NCBI GenBank assembly: GCA_016867115.1 | Contig: VGKG01000003.1 | Span: 673-64,672, forward strand | Direction: 5' to 3' | Source: Candidatus Omnitrophota bacterium | Lineage (GTDB): Bacteria > Omnitrophota > Gorgyraeia > Gygaellales > Profunditerraquicolaceae | DNA length: 64,000 nucleotides | Made by a program: the position numbers and the translations under genes | Notes under the pieces: generated by a model | What the model was told of the DNA's origin: nothing | The model's database searches: none | What the model saw: only the letters and a program-made list of their open reading frames with translations | Shown here: piece after piece, positions 18,555-27,610 of the stretch | Position numbering within the stretch: position 1 is the first letter of the stretch | How the letters are laid out: the number at the start of each line of letters is the position of its first letter

Positions 18555-19328
18555 ATGGAGGATTTAAAAGGTAAAGTAGCCATAGTCACCGGTGCCAGCC
18601 GCGGGATAGGTAAGGCGCTTGCCTCTACCGCCGCAAGTTTAGGGATTAATCTAGCCATTGCCGCGCGCCAGGAAGGGCCGTTAAAAGAGACCGCGGATGA
18701 GATCGCCAAAAAATATAAGGTCGAGGTCCTGGCTGTACCCTGCGACGTGACGAAGCTGGGTGATCTTGAGAACCTGGTCAATAAGACCAGGGAAAGATTC
18801 GGCAAAATAGATATCCTGATCAATAATGCCGGAGTCTCCAGCCAGTACCCCTTTGACAAGCAGCCGTTAGAGGACTTTGAGAAGCTGGCGCACACGAATT
18901 ACTTAGGCTATGTGCGGCTCATCCGCCTGGTGATCAACGAGATGGTCGAAAGAAAATCCGGGGCCATCATCAATATGGTCTCAGGCTCGACCCTTTGCGA
19001 TCCCCTGCCCAGGAACTTTATCGTCTATAGTTCCTTAAAGGTGGGGCTGCGAGCTTTTTCTAAAGGCCTCTTCTGGGAGCTGCGCGACCACGGGATCAAG
19101 GTCACCTCGATCCTGCCCGGGGTAACGGATACGGACCTGACCGGAAAATTAAGCGAGATCACTGCCGATGCCGGGCGCCTGATGACTACCGAGGCGATCG
19201 AGAATGCGGTGAGGTTTGCCCTGACTGTCCCGGCAAATGTCTGTCCGTTAGAGATTGCGGTGATCAACCAGCAGACGCCCTGGACTGCGCCTGTAATCCC
19301 CTATAAACAAGCTCACCCGGAGAAATAA
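18555..19328 (+). CDS. SDR-family oxidoreductase (ketoreductase-like)
   Basis: GKVAIVTGASRGIGKA (TGxxxGxG), NNAG, catalytic YSSLK. Confidence 0.85.
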   Translation: MEDLKGKVAIVTGASRGIGKALASTAASLGINLAIAARQEGPLKETADEIAKKYKVEVLAVPCDVTKLGDLENLVNKTRERFGKIDILINNAGVSSQYPFDKQPLEDFEKLAHTNYLGYVRLIRLVINEMVERKSGAIINMVSGSTLCDPLPRNFIVYSSLKVGLRAFSKGLFWELRDHGIKVTSILPGVTDTDLTGKLSEITADAGRLMTTEAIENAVRFALTVPANVCPLEIAVINQQTPWTAPVIPYKQAHPEK

Positions 19329-19330
19329 CG

Positions 19331-19750
19331 ATGGATAAGCGCGACCTGAAGAACTTAAAAAAGAGGTACCTGGTCTGGCTCTATAAGAACACCAAAGAGG
19401 CCTTTGACCGGTATGAGCGTAAGTTCACCCAGTTAGATATTGATAAGTTTATGCTCGCGGAGATGGAGAAGGAGGTAGAAAGCTCCTTCATGCCTGCCGA
19501 GCTTGAAGGAGTGGCTAAGTTTATCGAAGACTTCCGCAATTACATCGAAGAAAAAGAAAAATCCTGCCTTGAGCTCAAATATCAGGATAAGAAGATCAAT
19601 CCCGAGTTCCTTTTCCTGGATATGAAACTGAGGGCCGTAGAGAAGGCGATTCAGAGCGAGCTGGGGAGTAAAGCCCTGGATGAGATAAAGGAGCTTTACC
19701 AGCAGGAGATGCTTAAAAGGATCATGACTGAGCGCGAAGAAAAACGTTAA
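19331..19750 (+). CDS. hypothetical charged/coiled-coil protein
   Basis: 139 aa, K/E-rich, in the operon, no recognisable family. Confidence 0.4.
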   Translation: MDKRDLKNLKKRYLVWLYKNTKEAFDRYERKFTQLDIDKFMLAEMEKEVESSFMPAELEGVAKFIEDFRNYIEEKEKSCLELKYQDKKINPEFLFLDMKLRAVEKAIQSELGSKALDEIKELYQQEMLKRIMTEREEKR

Positions 19751-20562
19751 TGGCGACAACTAAAGCAGCCTATCAAATCTTTATTCTTCTTGCGCTTATC
19801 GCTGGCATCATCATGTATTTTAGATTCATTGAGCGCCGCACCCTCTTTTTCCCGGCCAAGGAGTTTGATTATACGCCGGCAGCCCTTAAGCTGGAATACG
19901 AAGAAGTAAGTTTTAAGACCAAAGATAATGTAGAGATCAATGCCTGGTTTGTTCCGGCCAGGGATGCTAAGTTTACCGTGCTCTTTGCTCACGGCAATGC
20001 CGGAAATATCAGCCACCGCGTGGAAAAGATCGATTTTTTCCATGAGTTAGGTTTGAATGTCCTGATCTTTGATTACCGGGGATATGGCAAGAGCAGGGGT
20101 TCGCCTTCTGAAAAGGGTTTATATAAAGATGCCCAGGCTTCCTATGAATATCTTTTATCGCGCGGCATTAAGCCGGATGAGATCATCGGCTACGGAGAGT
20201 CTATCGGAGGTGCGGTGATCATTGATCTTGGCTCAAGGAATAAACTGACAGCCCTGATCTCTGACAGCACGCCCAGCTCCGCAAAGGACATGGTCAGGAT
20301 CATTTATCCCTTTCTGCCTTACTGGGTGTTTTCTGTGCGCATGGACTCTTTGAGCAAGGTGAAAGCGATCCACTACCCTAAGCTTTTTATCCATAGCGTA
20401 AATGATGAGATCGTGCCTTTTAAATTAGGGAAGAAGCTTTTTGAATCCGCGCCCCTGCCTAAGGAATTCCTGCAGATCCACGGAGGGCACAACAGTTGCT
20501 TTTTTGAATCAGAGGATGTGTTAAAAGAAAAAGTCAGCGCTTTTCTAAAAGGGCTTAAATAA
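19750..20562 (+). CDS. alpha/beta hydrolase (S9/BAAT-like)
   Basis: N-terminal TM segment, HGNAG oxyanion region, GYGESIGG nucleophile elbow, C-terminal His. Confidence 0.75.
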   Translation: MATTKAAYQIFILLALIAGIIMYFRFIERRTLFFPAKEFDYTPAALKLEYEEVSFKTKDNVEINAWFVPARDAKFTVLFAHGNAGNISHRVEKIDFFHELGLNVLIFDYRGYGKSRGSPSEKGLYKDAQASYEYLLSRGIKPDEIIGYGESIGGAVIIDLGSRNKLTALISDSTPSSAKDMVRIIYPFLPYWVFSVRMDSLSKVKAIHYPKLFIHSVNDEIVPFKLGKKLFESAPLPKEFLQIHGGHNSCFFESEDVLKEKVSAFLKGLK

Positions 20563-21479
20563 TGAAGATAATCGACGCCCACAGCCATTGGCTGCCGGAT
20601 GAGATCATCAATAACGCCCATTTTTTTCATAAGGGCTGGGCAGATATTGAGGCGCAGGTCAAGGCAATGCAGGAGGCAGGCATTGACCGGGCAGTCCTGA
20701 CTTATCCTACCTCGGATGCGCACTTAAAATTAGGCAGTATCAGCCTGGTAGCCAGGATCTATAATGATAATGTCGCTAAGATCCTTAAGCGCTATCCGGA
20801 TAAGTTTATCGGTGCGGCTATTATCCCGGTGGATAACGTTACGGGCATGGTGGATGAATTGCGCCGCGCCACGGAAGAGCTGGGATTTAAGGCGCTCTCT
20901 TTAGCCTCAAGCTACAACGGCAAATACCCGGATGATGCGATATTTATGCCTCTCTATAAAGAGGCGCAAGCAAAGAATATCCCGGTCTTTGTGCATTCGC
21001 AGATCGTCAACCCCATCGGTTTTGAACGGGTCAATGACCCCCTACTTACTCCGGTAGTCGAATACATCTTTGACATGACCATGTGTATCGGCAAGCTCTT
21101 AATGGCAGATATTTTTCGGGATTATCCTCAGCTGAAATTCATCTTTGCCAATTTCGGCGGGGCTACTGCATTCTTGCAGCACCGTTTTGACGCTACTTAC
21201 AATATGCTCAGGGGCATAAACTTTGTCAAAGACTTAAAGGGCCAGCCCACGCAGTTCTTAAAGAATATTTATGTGGATACCGGAGGCGACAGGATTAAGG
21301 CTAATTTTACGCTTGCCCTTGAACTCCTCGGGCCGCAGCATATTTTATGGGGCAGCGACTGGCCGGCAAAGAAGGATGTTGCATCGGGCATCAAAGTGGT
21401 AGAGGAACTAGGATTAAGCGAGCAGGATAAAGAGAATATTTTAGGTGGGAATATAGAGAGGTTGTTTACCGTTCTTTAA
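20562..21479 (+). CDS. amidohydrolase-2 (ACMSD/LigW-type metal-dependent hydrolase/decarboxylase) family protein
   Basis: MKIIDAHSHWLPDE start with TIM-barrel amidohydrolase_2 pattern. Last gene of the operon. Confidence 0.75.
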   Translation: MKIIDAHSHWLPDEIINNAHFFHKGWADIEAQVKAMQEAGIDRAVLTYPTSDAHLKLGSISLVARIYNDNVAKILKRYPDKFIGAAIIPVDNVTGMVDELRRATEELGFKALSLASSYNGKYPDDAIFMPLYKEAQAKNIPVFVHSQIVNPIGFERVNDPLLTPVVEYIFDMTMCIGKLLMADIFRDYPQLKFIFANFGGATAFLQHRFDATYNMLRGINFVKDLKGQPTQFLKNIYVDTGGDRIKANFTLALELLGPQHILWGSDWPAKKDVASGIKVVEELGLSEQDKENILGGNIERLFTVL

Positions 21480-21730
21480 TGCCCCTGTCGGTTTTCTCGC
21501 TCAGGTCGATTTTGCCCACAACTGCTTTTATACAGGGCACGCCAATGATCTTTCGCATTTCGGCGGCTGAAGAACTCGTCGCATTTGCTCTAGCAAATGC
21601 TCCTCAGGCAGCTTCAGCCGTGCCTGTTTTGTCGCTTCGCTCCACAGGCATTCCCTCAATGCTCAAGCTCCATTGGCTAAAATCGACATTCGCTCGAAAA
21701 TCCGCCAGGTGCATTTATGATATTTAACAA

Positions 21731-21909
21731 GTTTTAGAGTTTTGCTGGAGCGTGCATTAGAAAATTTTTGGCCACTCTATGACTTCAGTCTGCAAGGAAT
21801 TACGGTGAACGAAAGGCGGTAAGCTCACGTTAGCATCCAGCCCGAAAGTGAGCCGTAAACCGCAGCAGACGGCAAAAATTTTCAGCACGCGGAAGCAAAA
21901 CGCTAAAAC
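21731..21909 (+). mobile_element. MITE-like 180-bp element with 15-bp terminal inverted repeats, copy 1
   Basis: Termini GTTTTAGAGTTTTGC ... GCAAAACGCTAAAAC (reverse complements, 1 mismatch). Internal hairpin GCTCAC...GTGAGC. About 90% identical to the reverse complement of 39755-39945. Confidence 0.5.
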
Positions 21910-21943
21910 GATAGTTTGATGCATAATAAAAAGGAGAGAAGAA

Positions 21944-22693
21944 ATGCAGATGCAGAAGGATGTACATTTGACGGGAAAGGACCTGACCCAGATGGTGCAG
22001 TTGAGGCCCCAGGATGTGGGAGCTTATGCGATCGTGCCCGGGCCGCGCGACCGGCTGGATGTCTTGATTAAAAGAATCGAGAGCCCGGTAAAGAACTTTT
22101 CTTTTATGGAATACACCATGTATACCGGGACTTTCCAGGGAATAAAGGTCACCGGAATGAACGGCGGAAGATTCTCTACCGACACCTCCATTACTACCGA
22201 AGTGATGTGCAATGCCGGGATCAAGAATATCATCCGTATCGGCACCTGCGGGGCCTTGGATGAAAAGATGAAGGTCGGAGACCTCGTAGTAGTGGATAAG
22301 GTCCTCCGCGGCGACGGCGTGACTCCCTATTACGTAGATAAGGATTTCGTGACGACTGCGGATAAGCAGATCACGGATACTTTATGCGAGGTTTCCAAGG
22401 CCATGGGACTCTCTGTCTTGCGGGGCACAGTCTGGACTACGGATGCGCTTTTACGCGAGACGCGCGAGATCGTCGAGGCAAAGAGAAAAGAAGGCGCCAT
22501 TGCCGTGGATATGGTCTCCTCAACCCTGCTGACCCTGGCTCAGCTTTATCAGGTCAAGGCTGGATCGATCCTGGCGGTAAGCGACAATGTCATCACCGGA
22601 GAGATGGGTTTTATGAACCCGCTCTATTACATGGCAGAGACTAACCTGATCAATATTGCCCTTGAGACAGTGAAGAAACTGGAAGGAAAATGA
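21944..22693 (+). CDS. PNP/UDP-family (PNP-I) nucleoside phosphorylase
   Basis: IRIGTCGAL...VGDLVV core resembles DeoD/Udp-type phosphorylases. 249 aa. Confidence 0.7.
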   Translation: MQMQKDVHLTGKDLTQMVQLRPQDVGAYAIVPGPRDRLDVLIKRIESPVKNFSFMEYTMYTGTFQGIKVTGMNGGRFSTDTSITTEVMCNAGIKNIIRIGTCGALDEKMKVGDLVVVDKVLRGDGVTPYYVDKDFVTTADKQITDTLCEVSKAMGLSVLRGTVWTTDALLRETREIVEAKRKEGAIAVDMVSSTLLTLAQLYQVKAGSILAVSDNVITGEMGFMNPLYYMAETNLINIALETVKKLEGK

Positions 22694-23613
22694 AATACTC
22701 GCCCCTATTCTGGCCCATTGAGTTAAAGGGTAACGCTATTTGCATCCTGGATGAGACCAAATTGCCGCAGAGTCTTACCTATATAAAGGCGATTAATTAC
22801 CGGCAGGCCTGTAAGGCGATTAAAGAGATGAAGACGCGCGCCGTAGGCCAGGTCTTATTGGTAATGTACACCTTCCTTTTGGAGAGCCGCAAGAGAAATA
22901 CTCCTTTAAGCAAGGTGGCTGAGGCGATTAACGCTACCCGGCCGACCCTCTCTTTCAAATTCCTGACTGATATGGTCCTGGGATGGGGGAAGAGCGGTGC
23001 GCCGCTTGAAGATTCTATCAAAGGATTTTTAGGTGCGCTTAAAGAGGCGCGCATCCGTCAGGCGAAAGAGGCAAGCCATCTGCTGGAAGACGGCGATGCG
23101 GTCCTGACGCACTGCAATGTGAGCGGCCTTCTGCCCCTGATCGCAGAGTTCTGCAGACGCGATAAAAAGCGCATCAGCTTCTTTGTGACCGAAACCCGGC
23201 CGTATTTGCAGGGAACGCGGCTGACTGCGTGGGAGCTTAACCGGGCAAAGATAAATAACACTATCATCGCGGATAACATGGTGGCGCAGGTCATGTTTGA
23301 GAGAAAAATCAAGAAGGTCATTGTCGGAGCGGATAATCTGGCGCAGAACGGCGATATCGCTAATAAGATCGGCACCTATCAGATCGCCCTGCTGGCCAGG
23401 GATTTTAACATCCCGTTTTTTGTATTATGCCCTCCGCCGTCCGGCGCAGAGACAGGCTATGATATAGAGATCGAGGTCAGGCCTCCGAAAGAATTACTGG
23501 AGTTTCGCGGCAGGAGCCTTGCGCCAACAGGGGCAAAGGCATATTATCCGGCATTTGATATTACGCCTCATGAATTGATCACCAGGCATATTAACCTCAA
23601 TATTGTGCGATGA
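22690..23613 (+). CDS. eIF-2B alpha/beta/delta-family sugar-phosphate isomerase (methylthioribose-1-phosphate / ribose-1,5-bisphosphate isomerase-like)
   Basis: IF-2B family architecture with a Rossmann-like C-terminal half (VIVGADNLAQNGDIANKIGTYQIALLAR). Confidence 0.7.
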   Translation: MKYSPLFWPIELKGNAICILDETKLPQSLTYIKAINYRQACKAIKEMKTRAVGQVLLVMYTFLLESRKRNTPLSKVAEAINATRPTLSFKFLTDMVLGWGKSGAPLEDSIKGFLGALKEARIRQAKEASHLLEDGDAVLTHCNVSGLLPLIAEFCRRDKKRISFFVTETRPYLQGTRLTAWELNRAKINNTIIADNMVAQVMFERKIKKVIVGADNLAQNGDIANKIGTYQIALLARDFNIPFFVLCPPPSGAETGYDIEIEVRPPKELLEFRGRSLAPTGAKAYYPAFDITPHELITRHINLNIVR

Positions 23614-24605
23614 ATGAGCAGGAATTAAGAGAGCAGATCATCGGAGTAGGCAGAAGGCTTTATGATGCGGGCCTGGCAGTGGCTAAATCCGGAAATATCA
23701 GCTGCCGCCTGGATAAAGAGATTATCCTGATCACCACTACCGGCACTTTCTTAGGCGACCTAAAGGAAGATGATATTGTCAGATTTAATTTATCCACTTC
23801 TAAGCCTGAGGGAAGCAAAAGCCCCAGTTCAGAGCTTCCTCTGCACAGCCTGGTCTATAAAAACTTTCCTGCAAAAAACGTGATCCACGCTCATCCGCCG
23901 CTGGTCAATGCCTATTTTGCGGTGAATAATAGCTTAGAAGCGCTTACCTTTGAGACCAAGTTCTACCTGGGCGATATTCCGGTAGTGGCGCAGGATACTC
24001 CGACAGTGACTGATCCGGAAGCAGTGATCGCAGCCCTCAAGACGAACAACCTTGTTGTGCTGAAAAACCACGGCATAGTGGCGATCAGCGATAAATTTGA
24101 AGACGGGTTGGCCCTGATCGAGGCCCTGGAAGAGGCAGTCAGGACCGCAGCAGTAGCCAGGCTTTTTAAAAAGGAACCAAAAGATACGCTGGACTCGGCC
24201 TTAAAAGAGACTTTGACCAGGAATGATACTGCATATCCTATGTTTTCGCGCGAGCACATCCAAGCGATCGTGGAGCGGGTAAACAAGGATGATTTTGTAG
24301 GGCAAAAGGGCAAAGAGCTGGATCTGACTCTGCGCCTTGCGATAAAGCTCGACGGCACAGACGAAGGCTTCACCTTTAACTTTGAAAAGGGCAGGATCAC
24401 CAGGCTTGATTCCGGAGTTGATGCGCCTTTTATTGTCTCAGGGCCCCGGGATGTCTGGGAGCAGGTATTCCTGGGTAAAGTTGACTCATTTGTCGCGGTT
24501 ACTCAGGGAAAGATGAAGTTAGTGGGTCAACTCGGACAACTCTCCAAATGGTATGTGCCTTTTACCCGGGTATTCGAACATTTTAAACAGGTGAAATTCA
24601 AATGA
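23610..24605 (+). CDS. class II aldolase/adducin-domain protein fused to a C-terminal SCP2-like domain
   Basis: N-terminal GNISCR...HAHPP...NHGIVA motifs of the fuculose-P aldolase/MtnB fold, then about 110 aa of SCP2-like sequence (GKELDLTLRLAIKLDGTDEGFTFNF...). Confidence 0.7.
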   Translation: MNEQELREQIIGVGRRLYDAGLAVAKSGNISCRLDKEIILITTTGTFLGDLKEDDIVRFNLSTSKPEGSKSPSSELPLHSLVYKNFPAKNVIHAHPPLVNAYFAVNNSLEALTFETKFYLGDIPVVAQDTPTVTDPEAVIAALKTNNLVVLKNHGIVAISDKFEDGLALIEALEEAVRTAAVARLFKKEPKDTLDSALKETLTRNDTAYPMFSREHIQAIVERVNKDDFVGQKGKELDLTLRLAIKLDGTDEGFTFNFEKGRITRLDSGVDAPFIVSGPRDVWEQVFLGKVDSFVAVTQGKMKLVGQLGQLSKWYVPFTRVFEHFKQVKFK

Positions 24606-26092
24606 CCGCCAGGATTCTGATTAACGGAGATCTGGTTGAGACGGGCCTAAAGCAGGCAGTGATCAATCCCTCTACGGGCGGACCGATCACTGAGGTCTGT
24701 GTTGCTCAGGCCAGAGAGATAGAGATGGCTTTAGCTTCAGCGCGGCAAGCTTTTGACAAAGGCCCCTGGCCGGGACTTAGCCTCAAAGAGCGCAAAACCT
24801 GCCTTTTAAAGATCGCTCAGGGGATCTTAGAGAAAGCCGGAGAACTCGCAGATTTAGAGACCCTGAATACCGGAAAGCCGATCAAGGAATCCACCTTTAT
24901 GGATATTCCTTCAAGCGCAGAGACTTTCAAACATTTTGCCGGACATCTGGAAGAATACCTTGAAGAAGAGACGCTCAATATCCAGTCTCAGGTCTCAACT
25001 GCCAAGAGCCGGCTCGTGCGCGAGCCAAGGGGTGTAGTAGTCCTGATCGTGCCCTGGAATTATCCTTTATTGATCGCTTCCTGGAAGATGGCTCAAGCCC
25101 TGGCTGCGGGGAATACGGTGATCCTGAAGCCTTCCAGCCTCACTCCTTTGACGGCCCTGGAATTAGGAAAGATCATACTGGATGCCGGAATACCCGCGGG
25201 AGTAGTAAATATCCTTAACGGAAGCGGAGAAGTCCTGGGTGAAAAACTCTGTACAGACTCCCGAGTGGATATGGTCTCCTTTACCGGAAGTAACGAAGTG
25301 GGAAAGAAGATCATCAGCTACTGCGCCGCTTCCGCCAAAAAACTGGTCATGGAACTGGGGGGAAAATCCGCCGGGATCGTTTTGGAGGATGCGGACCTGG
25401 AATCAGCGGTGAACGGCTCGCTCTGTTCCATATTCTTAAACCAGGGTCAGATGTGCACTGCCATGTCGCGCATCTTTGTGCAAGAGGGGATCTTCGATAA
25501 GTTTGTCGCTGATTTTACTGATAAAGCCAAGCGCCTTAAGCTCGGCGAGGGTTCGGACTTTCAGACCCAGATGGGCCCGTTGATCTCTGAGGCACAGCGT
25601 AAACGCGTTTTATCCTATGTGGAGAAGGCTAAGAAAGACGGCGCAAAACTGCTCTGCGGCGGAAAGGTCCCGGATGAGGCAGGCCTTAAAAAGGGATTCT
25701 TCTTTGAGCCCGCTGTTTTTACGGAGATCAAACCACAGGCAGTTATTTTCAGGGAGGAGATCTTCGGTCCGGTAGCGATCATCAATAAGTTTTTCGGCTT
25801 CGAGGAAGCGGTCGAGCTTGCTAACAGCACGGAGTTTGGCCTGGCTGCCTGCATCTGGACAAAGGACCCGGTTAAGGCGAAGGATCTAGCTGGCCGCCTC
25901 AACGCCGGTACGGTCTGGGTGAATACTTACGGCATGTTTTTTAACGAACTTCCCTACGGCGGCTTTAAGCAGAGCGGTTTTGGCAAGGAGCTGGGCAGGG
26001 AGGGGTTCCTGGAATACACGCGCCTGAAGAATGTTTTAGAAGATGCCTCGGGCGAGGCCAGGCCAATCGTCAATTACTGGTACGGATTTTAA
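24602..26092 (+). CDS. NAD(P)-dependent aldehyde dehydrogenase
   Basis: ELGGKS and QGQMCTA catalytic motifs. 496 aa. Confidence 0.9.
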   Translation: MTARILINGDLVETGLKQAVINPSTGGPITEVCVAQAREIEMALASARQAFDKGPWPGLSLKERKTCLLKIAQGILEKAGELADLETLNTGKPIKESTFMDIPSSAETFKHFAGHLEEYLEEETLNIQSQVSTAKSRLVREPRGVVVLIVPWNYPLLIASWKMAQALAAGNTVILKPSSLTPLTALELGKIILDAGIPAGVVNILNGSGEVLGEKLCTDSRVDMVSFTGSNEVGKKIISYCAASAKKLVMELGGKSAGIVLEDADLESAVNGSLCSIFLNQGQMCTAMSRIFVQEGIFDKFVADFTDKAKRLKLGEGSDFQTQMGPLISEAQRKRVLSYVEKAKKDGAKLLCGGKVPDEAGLKKGFFFEPAVFTEIKPQAVIFREEIFGPVAIINKFFGFEEAVELANSTEFGLAACIWTKDPVKAKDLAGRLNAGTVWVNTYGMFFNELPYGGFKQSGFGKELGREGFLEYTRLKNVLEDASGEARPIVNYWYGF

Positions 26093-26105
26093 GTGAGGAG
26101 AGAGC

Positions 26106-27602
26106 ATGGACCTGATCAAACTCTTGGCAGAAGACGCGTATAGACTAAAGGATAAGCCGGCAGTCATTTTCCGGGACCAGCCGATCACCTTCGGCCGGTT
26201 AAGGGAGACGAGTTTCCGCCTGGCAGACAGCCTAAGGACCCTGGGGATAAAAAAGGGCGACAAGGTAGGGATATATCTGCCGAATTGCCCGGAATACATC
26301 TGCAGTTATTTAGCTATCTGGTATCTGGGCGCAACTGCCGTGCCCCTGGATTATATGCTCACTACCGAAGAGCTGGTCTCCTGCCTCTCTCACTCCGAGG
26401 CAAAGTGCCTGATCGCCAGGAATAAGCCCAATATTTCCTTTTCGCAGATCAAAGAAAGGTGTGTGGTCTTAAATGAGATCATTAGCTGCCAGGAAAAAAC
26501 AGACCTGACCCTTTGGTTTGAAGACCTGGTGACAAAGGGCAGGGATAATCCCGAACGCGACTACATAGAAGATAAGGACCTGGCGATCATCTTTTACACC
26601 TCCGGCACAACCGGAAAGCCTAAAGGCGTCCTTATCAATTATCCTCACCTGGGTGCGCCGCCCATGTCCATGGACTTTTTTGCCGATCTGCGGGAGGACG
26701 ATATCGCTGTCTGCGCCCTCCCCTTTTCTCATTTAGGCGGCCTGATCTATATCCAGAACTGCATCTCCTACGGCATTACCGTAGTATTATTAGAGCGTTT
26801 CCTGCCGCTTGAGTTCTTAAGGAGCATCCAGAAATACCGGGCCACCTGTTTCTGGATCGTGCCTTCCATGTATTATGCGATACTGCAGCTTAAAGAGTTT
26901 GAGGTCTTTGACCTGTCTAGCTTGCGCTGGATGGTGACCTTCGGAGCCTCCAGTTCTCCCGACGCGCTGCGCAGGTTCCATAAGTATTGCCCCAATGCCC
27001 ACCTCCTGAACGGCTGGGGCCTTACCGAGACCAATGCACCGACGACAGTCCTGCCGATAGGTTCAGGTAAAATAGAAAGCGTAGGTAAACCCGCTCCCTG
27101 GATCGAAGTAAAGATCTTTGACGACAACGACCGCGAGCTTGCTCCTGGTAATGTGGGCGAGGTGGCGGTGAAGAGCTGGGTGGTCAGCGACGGGTATTAT
27201 AAGGACGCCGAGCTTACCGCAGAGACTATGCGTAACGGCTACTTTTTCACCGGTGACCTGGGAAAATATGATACGGAAGGGAACCTCTATATCGTGGGCA
27301 GGAAAAAGGAGATGATCAAGGTGGGCGGCCAGATCCTCTTTGAGCCGGAGGTTGAGGCAGTGCTTTTTCGCCATCCGGATATTGCCGAAGCGGCGGTCAT
27401 CGGTGTAGCGGATAAATTAAGGGGAGAGGTGCCCAAGGCATTCATAGCCTTGAAAGAAGGAAGCAAGCTCGGCGAAGATGAACTGCGCTCATTTCTGCGC
27501 CAGCATCTGGCCGGCTTCAAGATCCCGCATTATTTTGAGTTTGTCTCAGCGCTTCCCAAGAACCGCACGGGAAAAATCGACAAAGAACAGTTAAGGAAAT
27601 AG
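26106..27602 (+). CDS. AMP-dependent synthetase/ligase (acyl-CoA synthetase family)
   Basis: YTSGTTGKPKGV AMP-binding motif and the C-terminal lysine region. Confidence 0.85.
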   Translation: MDLIKLLAEDAYRLKDKPAVIFRDQPITFGRLRETSFRLADSLRTLGIKKGDKVGIYLPNCPEYICSYLAIWYLGATAVPLDYMLTTEELVSCLSHSEAKCLIARNKPNISFSQIKERCVVLNEIISCQEKTDLTLWFEDLVTKGRDNPERDYIEDKDLAIIFYTSGTTGKPKGVLINYPHLGAPPMSMDFFADLREDDIAVCALPFSHLGGLIYIQNCISYGITVVLLERFLPLEFLRSIQKYRATCFWIVPSMYYAILQLKEFEVFDLSSLRWMVTFGASSSPDALRRFHKYCPNAHLLNGWGLTETNAPTTVLPIGSGKIESVGKPAPWIEVKIFDDNDRELAPGNVGEVAVKSWVVSDGYYKDAELTAETMRNGYFFTGDLGKYDTEGNLYIVGRKKEMIKVGGQILFEPEVEAVLFRHPDIAEAAVIGVADKLRGEVPKAFIALKEGSKLGEDELRSFLRQHLAGFKIPHYFEFVSALPKNRTGKIDKEQLRK

Positions 27603-27610
27603 CTCTAACC

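Noticed and set aside
21479-21727. 82-aa ORF after the amidohydrolase gene
   Set aside because: Lies entirely within a nested imperfect palindrome. Its start overlaps the upstream stop. It has no homology signal and is more likely structured non-coding DNA.
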